Origin: Myxococcota bacterium
GTDB taxonomy: Bacteria; Myxococcota_A; UBA9160; SMWR01
Direction: 5' to 3'
Assembly (NCBI GenBank): GCA_022447545.1
Contig: JAKVBI010000019.1
Span: forward strand, 16,274-80,273
DNA length: 64,000 nucleotides
A program made the position numbers and the translations under genes. Positions 35,850-45,620 of this stretch are shown piece after piece; position 1 is the stretch's first letter; every line of letters starts with the position of its first letter. Below the pieces are notes generated by a model that was not told the origin of the DNA, ran no database searches, and saw only the letters and a list, made by a program, of their open reading frames with translations.

Positions 35850-37052
35850 ATGTCCGAGCTGGTCTTCGACCCTTTCGATCCGAACCAGACTCAGGACATG
35901 TGGCCATTGATGGCCGAGTTTCGGCGTCAGAGCCCAGTGGCCCGGATGCCCAACGGCTTCGTCTACGTATCCCGCTATGGGGACACCGAGACGGTGCTGC
36001 GCGATTCAGAGACTTTTTCCAATGCGGGTGGCATGCGCCCCACGGGTTTGGAAGTGCCCCTGGAAGACTGCAGCATCGGGGAGTTGGTTCCGCCCGTGCA
36101 CGGTCCCATCCGTCGACTGGCCATGGTGGCGGCGCAGAGCCCGAGCATCGTAGAAGGCGCTCGGCCGTTCACCCGTGAAACTGCCTTGTCCTTGATCGAT
36201 GCCCTGGTGGAAAAAGATGGAGGCGATCTCATCGAGAATTTCAGCCTCGCGCTGACCAATGCGGTGATCGGGCGCTTGCTGGGGATCACGCCCGAGGAGA
36301 GTGCACAACTCGCCGTCTGGGGCGAGGAGATCATGCGCAGCACTCTCACCACGTTGAACCGCACCGAGCGCGGCGTTGGCTACGCGGGAGCTTTTCCGGA
36401 GTTCACTCAGTATCTCGAGGGCCTGGTATCGGAACGGATGAAAGATGATCTGCACGACGACGGAATTTCACACATCGTGCGCGCCGGCCTCGACGACGCG
36501 GACCTCACGGTTCCGCTCATCCGAATGATTCTGCTCAACCTCGTACTGGGTGGGACGGCGACCACTCGTGATTTCATTGGAAGCCTGTTGCTCGAACTCC
36601 TGCACCGTCCTGAGCTTCACGAGCAACTGAGAGAAGACGCCGAACTGATTCCGACCGCCACGGAGGAGTCTCTGCGAGTGGCCCCCCCTGTCCTCTACTT
36701 GATCCGCACCTGCACTCGGCCGACTGAACTCGGGGGAGTGGTCCTCGAGGCTGGAGAGCGGGTGGTGGTGGGGATTGCATCGGCCAATCGGGACGAGGAG
36801 TTCTACGAAGACGCCGAGCAATTTCGTCTGGATCGAGTGAACCCAGCACCTCACTTCTCCTTTGGTTACGGACGACATTTCTGTGTGGGCGCTGCGCTCG
36901 CTCGTATGGAGGGCCAGGAGGCTTTGCGCGCCTTTCTGGATCGTCTGGCGCCAGGCCAGGTGCGATTGCCCGCTGGGAGTGGGATCGAGCGCATGCCGTT
37001 GCCCTACATGCTGGGACCCCTGCGCCTGGATGTGGAGATCCGGGCGCGTTGA
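35850..37052 (+). CDS. cytochrome P450
   Basis: Heme loop FSFGYGRHFCVGAALAR, ExxR EESLRVAPP, I-helix LVLGGTATTRD. The start is taken at ATG 35850. The ORF maximum (TTG) is 35817. Confidence 0.92.
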   Translation: MSELVFDPFDPNQTQDMWPLMAEFRRQSPVARMPNGFVYVSRYGDTETVLRDSETFSNAGGMRPTGLEVPLEDCSIGELVPPVHGPIRRLAMVAAQSPSIVEGARPFTRETALSLIDALVEKDGGDLIENFSLALTNAVIGRLLGITPEESAQLAVWGEEIMRSTLTTLNRTERGVGYAGAFPEFTQYLEGLVSERMKDDLHDDGISHIVRAGLDDADLTVPLIRMILLNLVLGGTATTRDFIGSLLLELLHRPELHEQLREDAELIPTATEESLRVAPPVLYLIRTCTRPTELGGVVLEAGERVVVGIASANRDEEFYEDAEQFRLDRVNPAPHFSFGYGRHFCVGAALARMEGQEALRAFLDRLAPGQVRLPAGSGIERMPLPYMLGPLRLDVEIRAR

Positions 37053-37152
37053 GGGCTCCGCGGCCGCCCTTCCTCCGTTCGCCCGTGTGAGCTTCATGGT
37101 AAGATCACGCAACTCATTGGGCTAAAAAGCGACTCTCGGTCAGGAGGGACGA

Positions 37153-38481
37153 ATGTACCGGAAACGATTCTCGATTTTCGCCGGCGTGGCGATTTCTCTG
37201 CTTCTCGCGCAGGTGACAACGGCAGCCAACGAGGACGCGGGAAGCGCGGCTCCCACGTTCCAGGAAGGCGATGTCCTCAGTTTCGACGATGTCGACAAGC
37301 TCAAGCCGTTTTTGCCCGAGCAAGTCTGGGACAACCGAGACTTCTTCTTCTACGAGGGTATGAAACTCGAGATCGGGCCCACCCAGTTCGACTACTCGAA
37401 CCCCAAGGAGTTCACTGCTGCGACGGAGCGCTACGACGGTGGTCCGAGGATCGGGCCCGACAACAGCCTCGAGAATTACTTCGCCGGTGAACCGTTCAAG
37501 ATGTCCGAAATCGACTGCCTCGGTGATCCCCAGGCCGGGGCAAAGATCATGTGGAATCACCGCCGCCAGTGGCGGGGGTCGGGGGGCGTGCCTGCGACCT
37601 TTTATTACTCGTACTGGGATCGCGGCGAGCAGCTTCCGCTCTACTACGAGGGCACGGGTACAGGGGTGAATTTGGCCCATCGTGTCGAGGGGCAGTATCA
37701 GGAGACGGATGGGGATCTCTTCCGCGGCGAGAAGCGCAACCAGGCCCAGGCCATCGACGTAGACGCTCCCTTCGACGCCCGTGGCATCATGTTGCTGACC
37801 TTCCGCTACAAGAGTTCCGATGGTCCGAGGGCCACGGCCAAGAACGACGATACCTGGGTCTACGTTCCCACTTTGCGGCGCGTGCGCCGTATTTCCACGG
37901 CACAGCGCACGGATGCGGTGGCGGGTACGGACTTCACCATGGACGACCTGTTCAGCTTCAACGGGATCGTTCCCCAGTACGAATGGGAATGCATGGCCGA
38001 GACCCAGGTGCTCGCTCCCATGAACACCACCGTCAAGGCATTTCCGTACGAGCGTGATCACAACTTCGGTCCCTATGGGCTCTCCTATGCGGATGATCGT
38101 TGGGAATTGAGGGACACGATGGTGGTCAAGATGATTCCCAAAAACGACGACCACCCCTATCTCCACAAGATCATCTATCTCGATAAAGAGACGCTGACTG
38201 CGCATTACTCCTTTGCCTACGATCGCAAGGGAGAGCTGTGGAAGATCATCACCCACAACAAGCGCTGGAGTGAGGATCACGACTTGACCGGCAACTACTA
38301 TCCGGGGTGGCCCGGGATCGAGAAGCCGCGGGATCTTCACATCGTCAGCGACACCATCGTGAATACGCAGACTGGAACTGGAAACCGAATCGAGTTCTGG
38401 GACCGCACGGGCCTACCGCTCAAGAGCAAGGGCAAGGTGCGGCGTCTGATCGATGTGGGTCGCTTGACCAAGGGGCGTTAG
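37153..38481 (+). CDS. DUF1329 family exported protein (LolA-like outer-membrane lipoprotein-sorting fold)
   Basis: Signal peptide MYRKRFSIFAGVAISLLLAQVTTAA. Family hallmark NDDTWVYVPTLRRVRRISTAQRTDAVAGTDFTMDDL. Confidence 0.7.
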   Translation: MYRKRFSIFAGVAISLLLAQVTTAANEDAGSAAPTFQEGDVLSFDDVDKLKPFLPEQVWDNRDFFFYEGMKLEIGPTQFDYSNPKEFTAATERYDGGPRIGPDNSLENYFAGEPFKMSEIDCLGDPQAGAKIMWNHRRQWRGSGGVPATFYYSYWDRGEQLPLYYEGTGTGVNLAHRVEGQYQETDGDLFRGEKRNQAQAIDVDAPFDARGIMLLTFRYKSSDGPRATAKNDDTWVYVPTLRRVRRISTAQRTDAVAGTDFTMDDLFSFNGIVPQYEWECMAETQVLAPMNTTVKAFPYERDHNFGPYGLSYADDRWELRDTMVVKMIPKNDDHPYLHKIIYLDKETLTAHYSFAYDRKGELWKIITHNKRWSEDHDLTGNYYPGWPGIEKPRDLHIVSDTIVNTQTGTGNRIEFWDRTGLPLKSKGKVRRLIDVGRLTKGR

Positions 38482-38657
38482 TCTCGGGCAAGCGCTGGGT
38501 TTGACCCCCCGTCCGGTTCCAGCAGTCGCTCCAGTGGCTGGGGAGACGGCTCCATTCACGGCAGGCGGCTTGACGGCTGCAACACTCGGGCGCAGTGGTG
38601 GGAATAAGGGGTTGTCGAGCACTGGCTCGTGTCGGCCGTGGGAATCGCCGGGGGCGC

Positions 38658-39776
38658 TCAACGGTTTCGGCGGTCTGTCGAAGATTCGGTGCTAGTGCCG
38701 ATCCGCCTCACCTGCATGGCCTGGGCCTTACACAGGGCGACGACGGGCTGAGAGGGGGTCAGGGAGAGATCGCGCACGGCTCTTTCCGTGACCTCTGCCA
38801 GGACTGGAGCGGACAGGCCGCAGTCGAGAGTCACCAGGCATCGTGCGCTACTGCGGGTCACACTGACCACGCGACCTGGAAGCCGGTTGGTGAGGGACAA
38901 GGGCGTTTCCACGGGGGGGCGAGCGAGCACGAGATCCTCGGGGCGCAGGACCATCTCCACCCGGTCACCGGGTTCGGCTGGGCAGTCTCCGCATGCCAGC
39001 TCCCTTTCACTTGCGCCGTCGGGGCGGATCCAGGCGAGGCCATCGGGATCACGCCGCGCCACCCGACCCGGCAGTGCGAACACCAGGCCGCAGTCGTGCA
39101 ACAACTCCAGCGTGTCGGAATCCGTGGCGAGTTGGGGAAGGGGGCCCTGACCGGCGATGGCACCGCGATCGAGTAGGAGTAATTCGTCCGTCAAGGCGAG
39201 CAACTCGGCCAGATCGTGGCTGATCATGAGAATCGGAAGGTCGTAGTGATCGCGAATGCGGCGCAGGTATGGGAGGATCTGACGCTTCAGGCCGCGGTCC
39301 AGGCTGGCAAGGGGCTCGTCCAGGAGCAGCATGCGAGGTGCACTGAGGAGCGCGCGCCCCATGGCCACGCGTTGACCCTCGCCGCCCGAGCACTGGTCGG
39401 GCCGACGCTTCAGCAGGTTACCGATGTCGAGCAACTCGACCACTTCGTCGATTCCCGGTCCCGGACCTTGTTGGGCCATACCGAAGCGGAGATTGGCGTC
39501 GATGCTGAGGTGTGGAAACAGTCGATGGTCCTGGAACACCATGCCCAGGCGCCGGCGGTGCGGAGGCGAATCCAGGCCAGTTCGCGTGTCGACCACCGCC
39601 TCGCCGTCGATCACCAGGCGAAGTGCATCCACGGGGATGAGGCCGGCCAGGGCGTGAAGCAGGCTGGTCTTGCCCGCACCCGAGCGACCGAAGATCCCCG
39701 TGGCGCGATGGGCCAGGCGGGTGTCCAGTTCGAGCAGGAAATCTCCGCGGCGCACACGACAGGAGACTTCGATCAT
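38658..39776 (-). CDS. modC: molybdate ABC transporter ATP-binding protein ModC
   Basis: Walker A GRSGAGKTSLL, signature CSGGEGQRVAMGRAL, Walker B LLLDEP. C-terminal TOBE-like domain. Follows modB with a 4-nt overlap. Confidence 0.9.
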   Translation of the reverse strand: MIEVSCRVRRGDFLLELDTRLAHRATGIFGRSGAGKTSLLHALAGLIPVDALRLVIDGEAVVDTRTGLDSPPHRRRLGMVFQDHRLFPHLSIDANLRFGMAQQGPGPGIDEVVELLDIGNLLKRRPDQCSGGEGQRVAMGRALLSAPRMLLLDEPLASLDRGLKRQILPYLRRIRDHYDLPILMISHDLAELLALTDELLLLDRGAIAGQGPLPQLATDSDTLELLHDCGLVFALPGRVARRDPDGLAWIRPDGASERELACGDCPAEPGDRVEMVLRPEDLVLARPPVETPLSLTNRLPGRVVSVTRSSARCLVTLDCGLSAPVLAEVTERAVRDLSLTPSQPVVALCKAQAMQVRRIGTSTESSTDRRNR

Positions 39777-40480
39777 CGTCCCCCCCGCTCATGGCGAACG
39801 CGATCCCGCAGACGTCGCAGGAGCCACTCACTGGTGGCCAGGGCGATCAGGGACAGCAGGATCGACAGCCCAGTCAGGCGCAGAGCCTCGGTTTCTCCGC
39901 CAGGTACCTGGATTGCCGTGTAGATGGCGATGGGCAGGGTTCGGGTCTGTCCAGCGATGTTGCCCGCCAGGGTGATGGTCGCTCCGAATTCGCCCAGACT
40001 GCGCGCGTATCCGAGGACCAGTCCGGCCACGATGCCGGGCAGAGCGAGGGGTAGGGTGATCTTCCAAAACCGCCGCAATGGCCCCGCCCCCAGCACCGCA
40101 GCGGCTTCTTCCAGGCCGGGATCGACCAGTTCGATGGCCGTGCGCACGGAACGCACCACGAGTGGGAGCGCCACCACGGCTGCTGCGAGGACCGCGCCGG
40201 GGTAGGAGAAGGCGAGACGAAGTCCGAGGTCTCCGAGTACTGGGCTCAGCCAGCCGTTGCGTCCCACCAGCAGCAACAACAGGTAACCCACGACCACCGG
40301 TGTCAGCACCAGCGGCAGGTGCACCAGGGCATCCACCAAAAGCTTGCCGGGAAACTGGCAACGGGCGAGCAGCCAGCCGAGGGCGATGCCCGGCACGACC
40401 AGGACCGCCGAGGCCCAAAGGGCCACGGTGGCCGAAAGCCAGAGGGCAGACCATTCTGCGGGTGAGAGCAGTGAGGTCAT
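39773..40480 (-). CDS. modB: molybdate ABC transporter permease ModB
   Basis: 235 aa. ARSLGEFGATITLAGNIAGQTRTLPIAIY. Confidence 0.9.
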   Translation of the reverse strand: MTSLLSPAEWSALWLSATVALWASAVLVVPGIALGWLLARCQFPGKLLVDALVHLPLVLTPVVVGYLLLLLVGRNGWLSPVLGDLGLRLAFSYPGAVLAAAVVALPLVVRSVRTAIELVDPGLEEAAAVLGAGPLRRFWKITLPLALPGIVAGLVLGYARSLGEFGATITLAGNIAGQTRTLPIAIYTAIQVPGGETEALRLTGLSILLSLIALATSEWLLRRLRDRVRHERGGR

Positions 40481-41334
40481 GGCTGGGCGAGGGCCGTGGA
40501 GGGGAACGATGGGAAACCATTCGCGCGCAGGAGTTCGTGGCCCTCGGGTCCCGAGAGCCAGTCGAGGAATGCTCGGGCGTGGGGATGCTGCGATGGGGTC
40601 AGAGCTGCCGGATACACGATGGGGTCGTGGGTCTCAGCGGGTAATCGAGCGGCCACTCGGACGGCATCGCTCATACGGGCGTCCGTTTGGTAGACGATCC
40701 CCCAATCGACCTCGTTGCGTTCCACAAGACGCAGCGCTCCTCGGGCATCGGAGGCGGAGATCAGTCGGGGCCGAAGTTCCTCCCACCAACCCAGAGATCC
40801 GAGGGCATCCCGTGCATAACTCCCCACCGGGACGTGCCGGGGGTCGCCGGTGCTCCAGAGGCCGGACAGGGCGGGCGGGGGTCGATCCGAGGCAACGGTG
40901 AGGGTGTGTTCCGGGGACCCGCGAGGTTGGATCAACACCAGGGTGTTGTGGGTCAGATTGCGTCGAGAGGTGACATCGATGAGGCCTCGAGCCGCGAGGT
41001 GGTCCATCCACGCCTGGTTGGCCGACACATAGAGGTCGACGGGAGCCCCCTGCTCGATCTGGCGGGCGAGGGTGGAACTCGAGGCGTAGGTCGCTTGACC
41101 CCTTCCCGAGTTCTGAGCGTTCCAGGTCTTGAGAGCGTCATCCATGAGGTTGGCCAGGCTCGAAGCGGCTGCAAGGGTGAAGGGTGGCCCTCCCGAGGCC
41201 TGTGACTCGCCGGGCTTCCCAGCCCTGTTGGTGGAGTCGCAGCCTACGGTCCATCCCGTCACCAGGAGAGCCGCGATCAGCGACAGGCGGCGGGACGAGT
41301 GGAGTACGAGTTGGCATCGGGTCCAAATGAGCAC
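40477..41334 (-). CDS. modA: molybdate ABC transporter substrate-binding protein ModA
   Basis: FTLAAASSLANLMDDALKTWN...ATYASSSTLARQIEQGAPVDLYVSANQAWMD...WGIVYQTDA. There is no in-frame ATG near the signal sequence. The GTG at 41334 gives VLIWTRCQLVLHSSRRLSLIAALLVTGWTVGC. Start uncertain. Confidence 0.8.
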   Translation of the reverse strand: MLIWTRCQLVLHSSRRLSLIAALLVTGWTVGCDSTNRAGKPGESQASGGPPFTLAAASSLANLMDDALKTWNAQNSGRGQATYASSSTLARQIEQGAPVDLYVSANQAWMDHLAARGLIDVTSRRNLTHNTLVLIQPRGSPEHTLTVASDRPPPALSGLWSTGDPRHVPVGSYARDALGSLGWWEELRPRLISASDARGALRLVERNEVDWGIVYQTDARMSDAVRVAARLPAETHDPIVYPAALTPSQHPHARAFLDWLSGPEGHELLRANGFPSFPSTALAQP

Positions 41335-41496
41335 GAGGAGAGAATGCTGCGCCTGCCCGGTTCCGTCGACCGGCCTGTCAGGATCTGATTCATGAGCCGG
41401 TTGCCTCGTGGGCCGGAAGTGGGGATGCTCGGGTCCCCGGTGGTGATCTGGAGGGGCTTTGTCGCTTCGCCGTGCCGCCTGGATTGCGAGGTACCC

Positions 41497-42756
41497 ATGA
41501 GAAACACCATCGCCGTGGCCGGAGCGCTGCTCTCGGTCGTCGCTTGCGCGGGCGGGAAGCCGCGTCAGGATGCGAATGGGGCCGACGCTGCCTGGGAACT
41601 CCACCGCACCGCCATCGTCGTCGACACGCATTCGGACACCACGCCTCGCTTCGAGGACCCCGAGTGGGATTTTCTTCAACGGCACGACCCATCCGACGGG
41701 CACATGGATTTGCCGCGGATGCGCGAAGGGGGCCTCGATGTTCAGTTCTGGTCGATCTACATGGGGCAGCGCGAGGGAGAGGGGCGGGCCATTCGGGAGG
41801 CACTCCAGCGCATCGATGCCGTGCACCGACTGGTGGACCAGCATCCCGATGAACTCGGCCTCGCGACCAATGTCGAGGAGATCCGCAAGTTGGTCGCTGA
41901 AGGGCGGATCGCCTGTCTGATGGGCGTGGAGGGGGGGCACATCATCGAGAACGACCTCGCTGCCCTGCGCAGCTTCTACCGGCTGGGGGTGCGTTACCTG
42001 ACTCTGACCCATTCCTTTCATACCGACTGGGCCGACTCGTCGGGTACGGGCCGGGATCTCGAACCGCTGCACCATGGCCTGACGGAGTTCGGCGAAGAGG
42101 TCGTGCTTACCATGAACCGGCTGGGCATGATGGTGGATGTTTCACACGTATCCGACGAAACTTTTTCGGACGTTTTGGCCGTATCTCGAGCACCGGTGAT
42201 CGCCTCGCACTCCTCGGCGAGGGCGGTTGCCAATCACCGAAGAAACGTGAGTGACGACATGCTGCGTGCCCTGGCCGAGAACGGCGGTGTGATCATGATC
42301 AACTTCTACCCCGTCTACATCGACGAGGAAGCCAATCGGGCGGCGGACGCCTATTACCAGAAGTGGGGCCGAAGAATGGCCGAGATCCAGAAGGCTCACG
42401 CCGACGACCCGAAAGCGCGTGCCAAGGCATACCGGGCGCAAACGAGCGCCCATCCTCTTCCGCAGACCTCCTTCGACGTTCTGCTTGATCACTTCGACCA
42501 TGCGATTGTCGTGGCCGGGCCCGATCACGTGGGCATCGGCGCGGACTGGGACGGGGTGCCGAGCATGCCTGTGGGCATGGAGGACGTGACCTTTCTTCCC
42601 GAACTCACACGAGGGTTGCTCGGGCGAGGGCATTCTCCCGAAGTGGTGCGGAAGGTGCTCGGCGAGAACCTGCTCCGTGTGATGGCCGAAGTGGAAACCG
42701 TGGCCGAGCACCTGCGCGAGGAGATGTCGGCCGAGAGTGCTCCGTCCCATCCCTGA
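41497..42756 (+). CDS. membrane dipeptidase (peptidase family M19), lipoprotein
   Basis: The ATG at 41497 gives the lipobox signal MRNTIAVAGALLSVVAC. VVDTHSDTTPRFE, HMDLPRMREGGLDVQFWSIY, GVEGGHIIEN, LTLTHSFHTDWADS. Confidence 0.88.
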   Translation: MRNTIAVAGALLSVVACAGGKPRQDANGADAAWELHRTAIVVDTHSDTTPRFEDPEWDFLQRHDPSDGHMDLPRMREGGLDVQFWSIYMGQREGEGRAIREALQRIDAVHRLVDQHPDELGLATNVEEIRKLVAEGRIACLMGVEGGHIIENDLAALRSFYRLGVRYLTLTHSFHTDWADSSGTGRDLEPLHHGLTEFGEEVVLTMNRLGMMVDVSHVSDETFSDVLAVSRAPVIASHSSARAVANHRRNVSDDMLRALAENGGVIMINFYPVYIDEEANRAADAYYQKWGRRMAEIQKAHADDPKARAKAYRAQTSAHPLPQTSFDVLLDHFDHAIVVAGPDHVGIGADWDGVPSMPVGMEDVTFLPELTRGLLGRGHSPEVVRKVLGENLLRVMAEVETVAEHLREEMSAESAPSHP

Positions 42757-42849
42757 GCCGACACCATAAAGACAACAGGAAATTCCCATCGTCGCCGAAT
42801 CGTCTATTCTTGCAGAGATGAGGAGAAGCCCCTTGAGCCGTTTAGCGCG

Positions 42850-44046
42850 GTGTCTCTGGTGAGCCGGGAGCAGCTCATCCAGATGGCGCGGCGCAACCTC
42901 GCCCACGTCAAGGCAGGCACCGTCGACCAGGCAGCGGATGTCTACCGGGTGCCCGCTGAGAACTACTACGATCCCGATCGAGGCCGGTTGGAGGTCGAGC
43001 GTATTTTCAAGCGGCTGCCTCTCGTGCTCGGTTTTTCGGCAGAATTGGCAGAACCCGGCGCCTATCGCGCGATGCAGGTCGCCGATGTCCCCGTTCTCCT
43101 CACTCGGGGTACCGATGGCGAGGTACGCGCATTCTTGAACGTGTGCAGCCATCGGGGTGCAGTCGTGGTGGCCGAGGGCACCGGCAGTGCGCGTCGCTTT
43201 ACCTGCCCCTATCACGGTTGGTCCTATGACTCCGATGGCGGGCTCGTAGGTGTGTTTCGAGCCCAGGACTTTGGCGAGGTCGACAAGTCTTGCCTGGGCT
43301 TGACGGCTCTGCCCGTCAGCGAGAGATCAGGCCTCATCTTCGGCGTCCTCACGCCGGGAATCTCCGTAGATTTCGACGCATTCCTGGGCGGATATGACGA
43401 GATCCTGGCGCATCTGAAACTCGATGCTTGTCATCTCGTCGGTCGCCAAGAGGTGGAGGGTCCCAACTGGAAGGTGGCTTACGACGGGTATCTCGATTTC
43501 TATCACCTCCCCGTGCTGCACCGGAATAGCTTCGGCCCAAAGATGCCGTGCGAAGCTCTTTACGATGCCTGGGGGCCTCATCAACGGGTCACGATGCCCA
43601 ACCCCCACTACATCGAGCTCGAGGGAAAACCCGAGGAGGAGTGGGAATCCGCGGATCTGGTCGCAGGCGTCTGGACGATTTTCCCGCACGTTTCGATCGC
43701 GGACTTCGAGGCGGGAGGGAAGCTGTTCATGGTTTCGCAACTCTTTCCGGGACCCAGCGCAGATGAATCGGTGACGGTTCAGAATTTTCTGTCGGTTCTC
43801 GAACCCAATGAGGAGCGAGAGGCCGCCAACGTCGAGATGATGAAATTTCTGGAACGCGTGGTTCGCGACGAGGACTACTTCACCGGGAATCGAATTCAGA
43901 AGGCGCTGAAGACGGGTGCCAAGTCCGATGTCTTATTCGGAAAGAATGAAGGCGGTGGCCAGTCCTTTCACCGCTGGGTGGATGCGCTGATCCAAACCGG
44001 GGACGAGGAACTTCCCGATTTGTTCGCCCGGGGGATTGGCGTCTAG
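42850..44046 (+). CDS. Rieske [2Fe-2S] ring-hydroxylating oxygenase, alpha-only type
   Basis: Rieske motif CSHRGAVV...CPYHGWSY. Mononuclear iron motif DFYHLPVLH. GTG start at 42850 (uncertain). Confidence 0.88.
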   Translation: MSLVSREQLIQMARRNLAHVKAGTVDQAADVYRVPAENYYDPDRGRLEVERIFKRLPLVLGFSAELAEPGAYRAMQVADVPVLLTRGTDGEVRAFLNVCSHRGAVVVAEGTGSARRFTCPYHGWSYDSDGGLVGVFRAQDFGEVDKSCLGLTALPVSERSGLIFGVLTPGISVDFDAFLGGYDEILAHLKLDACHLVGRQEVEGPNWKVAYDGYLDFYHLPVLHRNSFGPKMPCEALYDAWGPHQRVTMPNPHYIELEGKPEEEWESADLVAGVWTIFPHVSIADFEAGGKLFMVSQLFPGPSADESVTVQNFLSVLEPNEEREAANVEMMKFLERVVRDEDYFTGNRIQKALKTGAKSDVLFGKNEGGGQSFHRWVDALIQTGDEELPDLFARGIGV

Positions 44047-44070
44047 GCATCGTCGTGCCAAGAGGCGCTC

Positions 44071-44385
44071 CTATTGCAGGATGCAGCCCAGGTCCTTGTC
44101 GTAGAGCGCAACGCGCTCAATCGCGCCCAGGACCGAGGCTCGTACACCGGGAGGGGTTGTCAGGACCTCTGCATCGATGGGGTCCATCTCGGGCATCATG
44201 TCGGGTCGGCAGGCGTCGGCGGTGCGCTCGTCCACATAGATGCACGAGCACATCTGCTTGGCGAGGAAGCCTGCCCCCGTCTCCGCGAGCTCCTGCAATG
44301 GGCGGATGTAAGCCACGTAGATGAAAACGCCGGCGAGTCCGGCGGCGATCAGGGCGATCCAAGTGATGCGCGATCTGCGGCTCAC
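44071..44385 (-). CDS. small single-pass membrane protein, Cys-containing
   Basis: 104 aa. N-terminal TM ITWIALIAAGLAGVFIYVAYI. 4-nt overlap with the upstream serine hydrolase stop. Confidence 0.5.
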   Translation of the reverse strand: MSRRSRITWIALIAAGLAGVFIYVAYIRPLQELAETGAGFLAKQMCSCIYVDERTADACRPDMMPEMDPIDAEVLTTPPGVRASVLGAIERVALYDKDLGCILQ

Positions 44386-45569
44386 GGTGTGGTTCCCGAG
44401 CTTGTTTCGTGTGAAGGGGTGTCCCGCACGGGAAACAGGATGATCGTCTCGCCGATCAAGCGCCTCAGTTTCGCGAAGTTCTCGAAGGGCGCTTCGCCGA
44501 GGCGGACGAACACGAGGTCACGGGTGGGGTCCATGGCCACGAGTTGGAAACCCGCTCCTTCGGCGGCGAATACTTCCGAGGGGGCTGAGGGCAGCATGTT
44601 CCATTGTCCCACCGATGGGATCGAGTTCACCCAGAAGTGACCTCCGTAGATTCCACTATTGGGTGCCGGTCCCGGCGTGCGAGCGTGGTCTACCCAACCT
44701 TCCGGAAGGATTCGGCGATCCTCCCACATGCCATCTCGCAGATACAGGGTCCCGAAGCGGGCCCAGTCTCGGGCGGTGGCGTGGAAGAAGGCTCCTCCCA
44801 TGAACTCTCCACTGAGGGCGAACTCGGGCCGAGCGCTCGACATGCCCAGGGGTTCGATGAGTTCCTCTCGCATGAAATCGAGAGTGTCGGGAGCGCCGTT
44901 TCCGACGGCGCGGCCCAGGATGGCGGTGACGATGAGGCTGGTGGCCGTCGAGTAGGCCCAATGGGTTCCCGGTGGATGGAGGAGGGGAACGTCGGCCGCA
45001 TAAGCGGCTGGGCTGCGTCTGCCCGGTCCGAATAGAGTCCGGCCGACGAAGGGGTTTTCTGTAATGAACCCGTCGGCGTTGTCGAGCCCGGAGGTCATGT
45101 GCAGCAGATTGCCCAGGGTGATGGCCGACCGCGGATCGTCGGATTGCTGCCAGGCTGGAACGGGCGCGGGAGCCTCGATGTCGAGCACACCACGTCTCAC
45201 GAGAATTCCAACCAGGGCGTGGGTAACGCTCTTGGCCATGGACCAGGACTGGAAGCGTTGGTCCGGGCCGAATTCCTCGGCATAGCGCTCGAAGATCAGC
45301 AGCCCCCCCTGCACGATGAGGAGAGCGCGTGTGTCTCGGACTCCACCTCGGCCTCGATCTGCGAAGAGTTGCTCGACTCGTTCGTCGAAACGCGCTCGGT
45401 CCAGATCCTCTGGCAGCGAACCTTTGGGCCAGTCGTGAGTGGGCCACGGGACATTGGCGGGCTGGCTCGGGAGTTGTACGAGGTCGGCGCGACCGCTGCT
45501 TGTCGATGCGATGATCCACAACAGACCCATGAGGACATACGACGCCTTGTTTTCTAGGAATCGATGCAT
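44382..45569 (-). CDS. serine hydrolase (beta-lactamase / PBP-like family)
   Basis: 395 aa. Signal peptide. SxxK motif in FQSWSMAKSVTHALVGILV. Confidence 0.85.
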   Translation of the reverse strand: MHRFLENKASYVLMGLLWIIASTSSGRADLVQLPSQPANVPWPTHDWPKGSLPEDLDRARFDERVEQLFADRGRGGVRDTRALLIVQGGLLIFERYAEEFGPDQRFQSWSMAKSVTHALVGILVRRGVLDIEAPAPVPAWQQSDDPRSAITLGNLLHMTSGLDNADGFITENPFVGRTLFGPGRRSPAAYAADVPLLHPPGTHWAYSTATSLIVTAILGRAVGNGAPDTLDFMREELIEPLGMSSARPEFALSGEFMGGAFFHATARDWARFGTLYLRDGMWEDRRILPEGWVDHARTPGPAPNSGIYGGHFWVNSIPSVGQWNMLPSAPSEVFAAEGAGFQLVAMDPTRDLVFVRLGEAPFENFAKLRRLIGETIILFPVRDTPSHETSSGTTP

Positions 45570-45620
45570 TGCTCTGCTGGAGCCTTTCGGGGGTGCAGGT
45601 CTTTCAAGGGAAGACGCTGC

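Noticed and set aside
38482-38657. Convergent intergenic region (DUF1329 / modC) searched for a bidirectional terminator
   Set aside because: Only a 5-bp stem (CGAGC actg GCTCG) was found. That is too weak to call.
40477-42075. 532-aa minus-strand ORF extending far upstream of modA
   Set aside because: Only the last 285 codons look like ModA. The upstream part is Arg/Pro/Gly-rich and lies antisense to the well-supported M19 dipeptidase gene. This is typical open-frame noise in GC-rich DNA.
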